From Halarcobacter sp. (GTDB taxonomy: Bacteria; Campylobacterota; Campylobacteria; Campylobacterales; Arcobacteraceae), in the NCBI GenBank assembly GCA_963676565.1, contig OY781089.1:1-64000 (forward strand): a DNA stretch of 64,000 nucleotides. Reading direction: 5' to 3'. A program made the translations under genes and the position numbers. Positions 49,964 through 58,070 of this stretch are shown piece after piece. The stretch's first letter is position 1. Every line of letters starts with the position of its first letter. The notes under the pieces were generated by a model that was given only the letters and a program-made list of their open reading frames with translations, did no database searches and had not been told where the DNA came from.

Positions 49964-51130
49964 TTAAAAATTAACCTCTTTTTTGTAATATGTACATATG
50001 AAAAGTTTTTTCATATTTTCATCATCAATTTCTCTAGGATTTGCTCCTGTACAAGCATCTAAAACAGCGTTATGAGCTATAAACTCTAGATGTTCATTAA
50101 ATTCACTTTCTTCTATTCCATACTCTTGCATAGAATGGGGAATATCTAATTTGTTATTTAGATTGTCAATTAAAGCAATAAATGAATCAACTAATTCTTC
50201 ATTAGTCTTTCCATCTAACTCTAAATATCTTGCAATATCTACATATCTATCTTCACATGCTTTTCTATTATATGAAATAACATAAGGTAAAAATATAGCA
50301 TTAGCACATCCATGTGGAATCCCAAATACTGCTCCAACTTTGTGAGCCATTGAGTGAGTTATTCCAAGTAAGGCATTAGAAAAAGCCATTCCTGCAAGAC
50401 ATTGGGCTTCATGCATAAGCTCCTTTGCTTCTTCATTATCATTATAAGAATCAACTAAACTTTTCTTTATCATAGCCAAAGCTTTTAAAGCTAATGGATC
50501 TGAAAAATTACTATGTAATGCTGCAACATATGCTTCTGTTGCATGGGTTAAAGCATCCATTCCTGTGTGTGCTATAAGTTTTTTTGGCATTGTTTTAGCA
50601 ATATTAGGATCAATTATTGCAATATCAGGAGTGATATTAAAATCTGCCAATGGATATTTTATTTTCTCTTCATAATCTGTTATTACTGAAAACGCAGTGA
50701 CTTCTGTTGCTGTACCACTAGTTGAAGGGATAGCTACAAAAATTGCTTTTTGTCTTAATGTTGGCAAGTTAAAAGGTATAACAGCTTCTTTAAAAGTAAA
50801 GTCGGGATATTCATAAAATATCCACATCGCTTTTGCTGCATCAATAGCTGATCCTCCTCCAATTGATACAATAATATCAGGTTCAAATTCAAGCATTTTT
50901 TTTGCTCCATTCATAACTGTATCAACTCCTGGGTCAGGTTCAACTCCTTCTATTGTTTCAACTTCTAAACCTGCTTGTTTTAAATAATCTATAGTTTTAT
51001 CAAGAAAACCAAATTTCTTCATAGAACTTCCACCTGTTACTACTATTGCTTTTTGACCTTTTAAGTTTTTTAATTCTTCTAAAGAGCCTGTACCATGGTA
51101 TATATCTCGGGGTAAAGTAAACCGTGCCAT
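49964..51130 (-). CDS. Iron-containing alcohol dehydrogenase (clostridial NADPH butanol dehydrogenase-like)
   Basis: MARFTLPRDIYHG, GGGSAIDAAK, TSGTATEVT, DALTHATEAY, HSMAHK..HG. Confidence 0.9.
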   Translation of the reverse strand: MARFTLPRDIYHGTGSLEELKNLKGQKAIVVTGGSSMKKFGFLDKTIDYLKQAGLEVETIEGVEPDPGVDTVMNGAKKMLEFEPDIIVSIGGGSAIDAAKAMWIFYEYPDFTFKEAVIPFNLPTLRQKAIFVAIPSTSGTATEVTAFSVITDYEEKIKYPLADFNITPDIAIIDPNIAKTMPKKLIAHTGMDALTHATEAYVAALHSNFSDPLALKALAMIKKSLVDSYNDNEEAKELMHEAQCLAGMAFSNALLGITHSMAHKVGAVFGIPHGCANAIFLPYVISYNRKACEDRYVDIARYLELDGKTNEELVDSFIALIDNLNNKLDIPHSMQEYGIEESEFNEHLEFIAHNAVLDACTGANPREIDDENMKKLFICTYYKKEVNF

Positions 51131-51280
51131 TTGATTGTCTCCTTCATAGTTAATATATGATAATTATATCTTAATTATAATTTAATTTAAATACTTAATA
51201 ACATTATTTTATAAATAATAATGCTTTTTTATTGCGACTATTTGGTACTATAATTTCTAAAATACTTTTAGGAGTTATGC

Positions 51281-52393
51281 ATGGAAAAAATTTTATACAT
51301 TACAGACCAAGATGAATATACAGATCACAGTTTTATAGGTCCACTTTTTGAAAAATATTTAAAAGAGTTTTATGAAGTTGATATTGTATATTTTAGTGAA
51401 TTTAAAGCAGAGTTTGAAAAAAAAGATGACCATAGATTTATTTTACCAATTGCAAGAAAAGAGAAATCTATCCAAGAATTAAATAATAGAGGTGTTGATA
51501 TATCCTCTTATTCATATGTATTTGTTAGAAACTCAGCACAAATACTTAAAAATGTACTTTCTTTAAGTGGTCAATATAATTACAAAGTTGGTTATAGACT
51601 ATCTTTTCCTAAAAGAATTGCAAAGATACAAGTTGATGAAGCAAACAATAAATCTAGCTTTTTAGGATATTTAAATAATAAACTTTCAACTTTTTCTGAA
51701 ACAAGAATGATAAACCAATGTGATATTTTCTTGCCCACTTCAAAAGAGATGCAAGAGGAGTATTTTAGTGGTGTAAATATTAAAACCTTTATCTGTCCAC
51801 CTGCAATTGATCCAGAAGTTTTACACGAAAACCTTCAACATGAAAAAGAAGAAAAAAGATTTTTTTATGCTGGAACATTAGACAAATTAAGAGAGTTTGA
51901 AACAGTATTAGAGGCTTTTAATGAATTAGAATCAACAAATTGGAAATTAACAATCTCAACAAAAGACCCAGAATATGCAGTTGATGTTGTTCATAATTAT
52001 TCAAATATTGCAGCAAATGTAGAGATTAATAATGCAAAAACAAAAAAAGAATTATTAGAGTTTATTGCTAAGGCAGATATTGGAATATCAGTATTACCAG
52101 AAATTGCTCTATTTAATACCTCAACACCAGTAAAAATTATGGATTACTATTCATCGGCTGTTCCTTGCATTATGACAAATAATGCCAACAATAATACAAT
52201 TTTTACAGATAACCACGATGCTTGGTTTTGTAAATTCAACAAAGATTCTATTAAAAATAAACTTGAGTATATTATAGGACTTTCAAAAGAAGATGTAGCA
52301 AAAGTTGGAGAAAGAGGTCAAGAAAGACTTCTTGATATCAGAAATTACAAAAGAATTGCAGCAGATTTAGCACACCAATTAAATGTGCTTTAG
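51281..52393 (+). CDS. Glycosyltransferase (GT-B, family 4-like), stand-alone
   Basis: FYAGTL..R, ADIGIS..P..STPVKIMDY...VPCI. Confidence 0.75.
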   Translation: MEKILYITDQDEYTDHSFIGPLFEKYLKEFYEVDIVYFSEFKAEFEKKDDHRFILPIARKEKSIQELNNRGVDISSYSYVFVRNSAQILKNVLSLSGQYNYKVGYRLSFPKRIAKIQVDEANNKSSFLGYLNNKLSTFSETRMINQCDIFLPTSKEMQEEYFSGVNIKTFICPPAIDPEVLHENLQHEKEEKRFFYAGTLDKLREFETVLEAFNELESTNWKLTISTKDPEYAVDVVHNYSNIAANVEINNAKTKKELLEFIAKADIGISVLPEIALFNTSTPVKIMDYYSSAVPCIMTNNANNNTIFTDNHDAWFCKFNKDSIKNKLEYIIGLSKEDVAKVGERGQERLLDIRNYKRIAADLAHQLNVL

Positions 52394-52397
52394 TCTA

Positions 52398-52425
52398 TTT
52401 AAAAAGGGTTTTATCCCTTTTTAAA
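52398..52425. terminator. Bidirectional terminator
   Basis: TTTAAAAAGGG-TTTTAT-CCCTTTTTAAA. Confidence 0.65.
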
Positions 52426-52428
52426 AAA

Positions 52429-52935
52429 CTAATCTTTTTTAACCCAGACTTTAAATTTCCAAGCTGGAGTTTTAATCTTTCCATCTTCAGATAAAATAGC
52501 GTCATAATTTTTTTCTTCAGCTAAATCCCAAGCAGAAAAATCAATCTCTTTTAAATATGCATCTGCTTCACCTTCAAAGTCAACTTCAGTTAGATACATC
52601 TTATCAACATATGGAAATAATGTTTCATAAATATTAGCTCCACCTATAATAAAAAGTTCCTCTTCTGCATTAGCTCTTGCAAAATTAAAAGCTTCTTGAA
52701 CATCAGAAAATGTATGTACACCTTCATGTTTAAATTCACCCCTTGTTAAAACAAGAGAGGTTCTATTGGGAAGAGGTTTTCCTATGCTTTCAAAAGTTTT
52801 TCTTCCCATTAAGATATGATGTCCTGAAGTGATAGTTTTAAAATTTTTAAAATCTTCACTTATATGCCACAACATCTCATTATTTAGACCTATTTCCCAA
52901 TTTTTTCCATATGCAACAATCATTGAAATCTTCAT
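52429..52935 (-). CDS. folA: Dihydrofolate reductase
   Basis: IG..N.MLWHI.EDFK.FK, MGRKTFESIGKPLPNR, IIGGA. Confidence 0.94.
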   Translation of the reverse strand: MKISMIVAYGKNWEIGLNNEMLWHISEDFKNFKTITSGHHILMGRKTFESIGKPLPNRTSLVLTRGEFKHEGVHTFSDVQEAFNFARANAEEELFIIGGANIYETLFPYVDKMYLTEVDFEGEADAYLKEIDFSAWDLAEEKNYDAILSEDGKIKTPAWKFKVWVKKD

Positions 52936-52952
52936 ATCTTGCTCTCTCCTAT

Positions 52953-53816
52953 TTATACAGCCATCACAGCTTTAATTGGTTCATCACACTCATACCCTAC
53001 AAGTTCAAAATCACTCATTTTAAAATCATTGATATCTTTTATATCTTTGTTTATCTTCATTGTTGGTAATTTATGTGGTGTTCTACTTAATTGTAAATTT
53101 ACTTGGTCCATATGGTTTGAATATATATGTGCATCTCCAAAAGTATGAACAAAATCTCCAAGTTCTAAATCACAAACTTGAGCTATCATCATTGTTAAAA
53201 GTGCGTAAGAAGCTATATTAAAAGGTACTCCTAAAAATACATCTGCACTTCTTTGATAAAGTTGGCAAGATAATTTTCCATTTGCTACATAAAATTGAAA
53301 AAATGTATGACACGGAGGTAATGCCATATTTTCAATTTCAGCTACATTCCATGCATTTAATATAATTCTTCTACTATCTGGATTCGTTTTTATTTGATTT
53401 ATTATATCAGCTAGTTGGTCATAAGATTTTCCATTCGCACCTTTCCAACTTCTCCATTGAGCACCATAAACTGGCCCTAATTCTTTTATGGTTTCAGTAT
53501 TTGTGTAACCTAAAGCCTTACCTTGTGCATCGGCATTTGCTGTCCAAACTGTATTTTTACCTATTATGTTTGAAGCTTTATCACCATAATGTATTTCAGC
53601 AAGTCTTCTTTCATCAGTACTACCTTCAATAAACCATAAAAGCTCACTTATAATACCTTTTAAGAAAGTTTTTTTAGTAGTAACTAAAGGAAATCCTTGG
53701 CTTAAATCAAATCTCATTTGATATCCAAAAACTGAAGTTGTTCCTGTTCCTGTTCTATCCTCTTTTGTAGTTCCATTGTCCAAAATATGTTGAAGTAAGT
53801 CTAAATATTGCTTCAA
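52953..53816 (-). CDS. thyA: Thymidylate synthase
   Basis: [45 protein letters not shown]. Confidence 0.96.
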   Translation of the reverse strand: MKQYLDLLQHILDNGTTKEDRTGTGTTSVFGYQMRFDLSQGFPLVTTKKTFLKGIISELLWFIEGSTDERRLAEIHYGDKASNIIGKNTVWTANADAQGKALGYTNTETIKELGPVYGAQWRSWKGANGKSYDQLADIINQIKTNPDSRRIILNAWNVAEIENMALPPCHTFFQFYVANGKLSCQLYQRSADVFLGVPFNIASYALLTMMIAQVCDLELGDFVHTFGDAHIYSNHMDQVNLQLSRTPHKLPTMKINKDIKDINDFKMSDFELVGYECDEPIKAVMAV

Positions 53817-53907
53817 GTTTTTTCCTTGATTGTATTAATTTGAATTGTTTATTGTATTAAAATAATTTGTAAGAGCGGTTTAAGTATAGAGATAAAATTA
53901 AATATTG

Positions 53908-53940
53908 AAAAATTCTAAATTTTACGAATAAAATTTAGAA
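53908..53940 (-). terminator. Intrinsic terminator with UUCG loop overlapping the end of the small ORF
   Basis: Minus strand TTCTAAATTTTA-TTCG-TAAAATTTAGAA-TTTTT. Confidence 0.65.
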
Positions 53941-54014
53941 CCTTCAGATAACATCATAGCAACTAACGTAGCAAGTGTAAAACTATAAACTACAATTCCA
54001 ATAAATTTTTTCAT
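53922..54014 (-). CDS. 30-aa single-TM small protein MKKFIGIVVYSFTLATLVAMMLSEGSKFYS (not in the ORF track)
   Basis: Translated by hand; AAAGGA Shine-Dalgarno upstream, own promoter and terminator. Confidence 0.7.
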   Translation of the reverse strand: MKKFIGIVVYSFTLATLVAMMLSEGSKFYS

Positions 54015-54043
54015 ATCTTATCCTTTAAAAAATTCTAAAACTC

Positions 54044-54129
54044 TTGACTAACCAGTCAAATTTTGAGACGAAAGAAGATCTTGACTGATTGGTCAAAGGA
54101 ATTATAACACCTTTTGACTATTTAGTCAA
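54044..54129. promoter_or_regulatory. Three 16-bp palindromic operators TTGACT-N4-RGTCAA; probable TetR sites
   Basis: TTGACTAACCAGTCAA 54044-54059, TTGACTGATTGGTCAA 54081-54096, TTGACTATTTAGTCAA 54114-54129. Confidence 0.85.
54101..54129 (-). promoter_or_regulatory. Near-consensus sigma70 promoter with extended -10
   Basis: Minus strand TTGACT, 17-nt spacer ending TGT, TATAAT. Confidence 0.8.
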
Positions 54130-54145
54130 GACAATTTAAAAGATT

Positions 54146-54718
54146 TTATGATTTTATTTTTAATTTATCAAAATAGTAAGCTAGCTGCTCTATACAATTT
54201 GCAAATATTTTTCCATCTTGACTCTTCTTTGAAGATGACAAACACCCTTCAATAGAAGCAACAACAAATATAGCAAGCTCTTTCATATCTGGATGTGCTA
54301 TCTCTTTTCTTTCTTCTGCTTTTTTTAAGACTCTGTAGATAATATCTTCAAAATTTAAATATACCTTTTCTAATGCTTTTTTAAAATCATCATCATGGTG
54401 AGATAACTCTTGAACTAATGAGTTTAATCTGCACCCTAGTGTATGATTAAATGAATCTGTATTTCGTAAAACATTAAACATAGAATCAATATAATTTTCT
54501 TCTACATCTAAAATTGCACTATATTTTTTATCAATGTATCCATAAACATGTACATCAATAACTGCTAATACTAACTCTTTTTTTGATTTGAAATAATGGT
54601 ACATACTACCTTTATTTAATTGCGCTTTTTTTAATATTTTGTCAACTGAAACAGAATAATACCCATTTTCATATATCTCTTCAAAAGTTACTGCTAACAA
54701 TTTTTCCTTTGTTGTCAT
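54146..54718 (-). CDS. TetR/AcrR-family transcriptional regulator
   Basis: GY..VSVDKI....LNKGSMYHYFKSKKEL HTH; GC.LN.L..E C-terminal motif. Confidence 0.93.
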   Translation of the reverse strand: MTTKEKLLAVTFEEIYENGYYSVSVDKILKKAQLNKGSMYHYFKSKKELVLAVIDVHVYGYIDKKYSAILDVEENYIDSMFNVLRNTDSFNHTLGCRLNSLVQELSHHDDDFKKALEKVYLNFEDIIYRVLKKAEERKEIAHPDMKELAIFVVASIEGCLSSSKKSQDGKIFANCIEQLAYYFDKLKIKS

Positions 54719-54734
54719 TATTTATCCCACCTAA

Positions 54735-55712
54735 TTAATTTCTTTTTTGCCCTGGTTTTGGTTGACTTACTTGTTTTTGTAAATCCAGCGATAAGTTGTT
54801 AAAAAATAATTCACCATAATCAGTTGTTCTATTAATAGTTTCATATGCTTGTATAATACTATTGTTATATCTTACTGCATCTTGCAATATCTTTAAAATC
54901 TTAACTGATTCTAAAAAGTTTACATGTGATGGAGCTTCAATTGGAGAAGAATAATATTTATGCATTCTTTCAACTAAATTTTTATTTCTAATCTCAATAA
55001 ATACAGATTCTATAGGTGATTTAAAAAATAAAATCTTCTGCTTTACATTAATAGATATATATGTAGTATCCATACCATATATCTTTCTTGAAAAGGAATC
55101 AAACAAAAACAACTTTTTATTATAGTTATTATTAAATAGTTCATACATCAATTCCAAGATTTTAATTTTTTCCTCTTTAGTATAAAAGTTACCAAAGTTA
55201 GCAAAACAGAAGATTAAAACAGATTTAATTGAATACCACTCTGTAGTATCATAATCATACCTTAGCATCTGTTCAATTCTTAACTGTTTTAATTCCTCTA
55301 TTTCTGTTGATGTTCTTGTTCTATAAACTTTTTTTACAGCAGTATCTCTATACATAGGTCCAGGGAATTGTGCTTGTATTACAAATCTTCTATTTTTTTC
55401 AAGATCCATAATATATTTTAGTCTTCCTTCATAATCTTCATCAATAATTCTTACTTCTTTTTGAGGAATCTGACTAATTGACTTTATAAACTCTTCCCCT
55501 GTACATCCCTCTTCCCAGATAAAATCTGGATATCTAAAGACATTACAAATTTTATTTTTAACATCATCATTTGGCTCAATATCAGAAACATTATCTATCC
55601 ATGAAGTAACTGTACGTCTATCTTTTTGAATAAGTGAGGCAAATTTTGATATACTCAAATTTGATCTTTTAAAAATCTCTATAAATTTTTCTATTCCATT
55701 TTTATACGTCAT
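54735..55712 (-). CDS. Putative regulator: XRE-like HTH plus uncharacterised C-terminal domain
   Basis: LSISKFASLIQKDRRTVTSW HTH pattern; divergent from prpB. Confidence 0.6.
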   Translation of the reverse strand: MTYKNGIEKFIEIFKRSNLSISKFASLIQKDRRTVTSWIDNVSDIEPNDDVKNKICNVFRYPDFIWEEGCTGEEFIKSISQIPQKEVRIIDEDYEGRLKYIMDLEKNRRFVIQAQFPGPMYRDTAVKKVYRTRTSTEIEELKQLRIEQMLRYDYDTTEWYSIKSVLIFCFANFGNFYTKEEKIKILELMYELFNNNYNKKLFLFDSFSRKIYGMDTTYISINVKQKILFFKSPIESVFIEIRNKNLVERMHKYYSSPIEAPSHVNFLESVKILKILQDAVRYNNSIIQAYETINRTTDYGELFFNNLSLDLQKQVSQPKPGQKRN

Positions 55713-55888
55713 TCTAAGTCCCTAATAGTTTTTTGAGATTTATTGTACCATTAGTATACATAAGAACAAATATTGTACATAACTTCTATTTCTTATAAAA
55801 AATTGTATTTTCTAAATCAAAAAATATACAATACTACATTTGTAAAGAGTAGTATAATGATTATCACTTAATTTATATAAGGATTCAT

Positions 55889-56773
55889 ATGAGCGCAGGA
55901 AAAAAATTTAGAGAAGCATTAAAAGAAGAATCTCCACTACAAATCGTAGGGACAATCAATGCTTACCAAGCATTACAAGCTACTAAAGTTGGATACAAAG
56001 CTATCTATTTATCAGGTGGTGGTATTGCTAACGCTTCATACGGTTTACCAGATTTAGGTATGACTATGATTGAAGATGTTTGTATTGATATTAGAAGAGT
56101 TACTTCTATTTGTGATACTCCATTAATTGTTGATGCAGATACAGGTTGGGGACATGCATTCAACGTTGCTAGAACTGTTAAAGAATTTATCAGAGCTGGT
56201 GCTGCTGGATTACATATCGAAGATCAAGTTGCTGCAAAAAGATGTGGTCACAGACCTAATAAAGAGTTAGTTACAACAGAAGAGATGTGTGACAGAATTA
56301 GAGCTGCAGTTGATGCAAAAATGCAATTAGACCCAGATTTCTACATTATTGCTAGAACTGATGCACATGCATCTGAAGGTCAAGAAGCTGCAGTAGCTAG
56401 AGCAAAAGCTTATGTTGAAGCTGGAGCAGATGCAATTTTCGCTGAAGCAGTTCATACATTAAAAGAATACAAAGAGTTCTGTGAACAAATGACTGTACCA
56501 GTATTAGCAAACATTACTGAGTTTGGGGCAACTCCAATGTTTACTACTGAAGAGTTAGGTTCAGTTGGAATTGAAATGGTTCTTTATCCATTATCTGCAT
56601 TTAGAGCAATGAACAAAGCTGCATTAAATGTATATAAAGAACTAAGAGAAAAAGGTACTCAAGAAGGTGTTCTTGATACTATGCAAACAAGAATGGAGCT
56701 TTACGATATGTTAGGTTACCATGACTATGAACAAAAAATGGACGAGTTATTTTCTAAGGGAAAAGCTAAGTAA
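55889..56773 (+). CDS. prpB: 2-methylisocitrate lyase
   Basis: DADTG, HIEDQ..KRCGHRP, ARTDA, ANITEFG.TP. Confidence 0.96.
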   Translation: MSAGKKFREALKEESPLQIVGTINAYQALQATKVGYKAIYLSGGGIANASYGLPDLGMTMIEDVCIDIRRVTSICDTPLIVDADTGWGHAFNVARTVKEFIRAGAAGLHIEDQVAAKRCGHRPNKELVTTEEMCDRIRAAVDAKMQLDPDFYIIARTDAHASEGQEAAVARAKAYVEAGADAIFAEAVHTLKEYKEFCEQMTVPVLANITEFGATPMFTTEELGSVGIEMVLYPLSAFRAMNKAALNVYKELREKGTQEGVLDTMQTRMELYDMLGYHDYEQKMDELFSKGKAK

Positions 56774-56831
56774 TTAGACTTAAAAAATAAAAATAAAAAA
56801 ACTAGGGAAAAGTTTACAAAAGGAGAAATTT

Positions 56832-57980
56832 ATGAGTACTACTACGGGATTTAAACCAAAAAAATCTGTTGCTTTATCAGGGCACGCTGCAGGGAACACT
56901 GCTATTTGTACAGTTGGAAAAAGTGGAAATGATTTACACTATAGAGGGTATGATATTTTAGAATTTGCTAACACTGCAGAATTTGAAGAGATTGCATACT
57001 TAATTGTACATGAAAAATTACCTAATAAAGCAGAATTAGCTGCTTATAAAGAAAAACTACAGGGGATGAGAGATATTCCAGATGGTGTTAAAGTTGCATT
57101 AGAGCAATTACCAAAAACTTCTCACCCAATGGACGTAATGAGAACTGGTTGTTCTGTTCTTGGAGCAATTATGTCTGAAGATGAGTCTCACCCAAAAGAG
57201 GGAGCACAATTAATCGTTGATAAATTAATGGCATGTTTTGGTTCTATGTTATGTTACTGGTACCACTATGCATATAATGGAAAAAGAATTGATGTTGTAA
57301 CTGATGATGATTCAGTTGGTGGTCACTTCTTACACCTATTACATGGTGAAAAGCCAAGAGAATCTTGGGTTAGAGCTATGCATACATCATTAATTTTATA
57401 TGCAGAGCACGAATTTAATGCATCTACATTTACTTCAAGAGTAATTTCTGGAACTAACTCAGATATGTTCTCTTGTATTACTGGTGCAATTGGAGCATTA
57501 AGAGGTCCTAAACATGGTGGAGCAAATGAAGTTGCATTCTATATCCAAGAAAGATACTCTTCACCTGATGAAGCAGAAAAAGACATCTTAGAAAGAATGG
57601 CAAGAAAAGAGATTATTATTGGTTTTGGACACCCAGTTTATTCTGTATGTGACCCAAGAAACGTTGTAATCAAAAAAGTTGCTGAAGACTTATCAAAAGA
57701 AAACAACAACACTTTAATGTATGATGTTGCTGAAAGAATTGAATCTGTAATGTGGAAAAACAAAAAAATGTTCCCTAACTTAGACTGGTTCTCGGCTGTT
57801 TCTTATAACCAAATGGGAATCCCAACTGATATGTTTACTCCAATTTTCATTATCTCAAGAGTTACTGGATGGGGAGCACATGCTATTGAGCAAAGAGAAG
57901 ATGGTAAAATCATTAGACCTTCTGCAAACTATACTGGTCCAGAAGATTTAAAATATGTTCCAATAGAAGAAAGAGAATAA
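56832..57980 (+). CDS. prpC: 2-methylcitrate synthase
   Basis: [41 protein letters not shown]. Confidence 0.95.
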   Translation: MSTTTGFKPKKSVALSGHAAGNTAICTVGKSGNDLHYRGYDILEFANTAEFEEIAYLIVHEKLPNKAELAAYKEKLQGMRDIPDGVKVALEQLPKTSHPMDVMRTGCSVLGAIMSEDESHPKEGAQLIVDKLMACFGSMLCYWYHYAYNGKRIDVVTDDDSVGGHFLHLLHGEKPRESWVRAMHTSLILYAEHEFNASTFTSRVISGTNSDMFSCITGAIGALRGPKHGGANEVAFYIQERYSSPDEAEKDILERMARKEIIIGFGHPVYSVCDPRNVVIKKVAEDLSKENNNTLMYDVAERIESVMWKNKKMFPNLDWFSAVSYNQMGIPTDMFTPIFIISRVTGWGAHAIEQREDGKIIRPSANYTGPEDLKYVPIEERE

Positions 57981-58000
57981 TCAAAAGATTATTGAAGACT

Positions 58001-58037
58001 TAAAAGCCATCAAGTTTTTTGATGGCTTTTATTTTTT
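58001..58037 (+). terminator. Terminator-like hairpin between prpC and acnD
   Basis: TAAAAGCCATCAA-N5-TTGATGGCTTTTA-TTTTTT. Confidence 0.7.
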
Positions 58038-58070
58038 ATAGAGAAAAAATTAAAAATAGGTATAAATAAT

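Noticed and set aside
54044..54129. Mini CRISPR array
   Set aside because: Repeats are 16 bp with variable centres and 17-21-bp gaps, overlap a promoter, and have no cas genes; operators fit better
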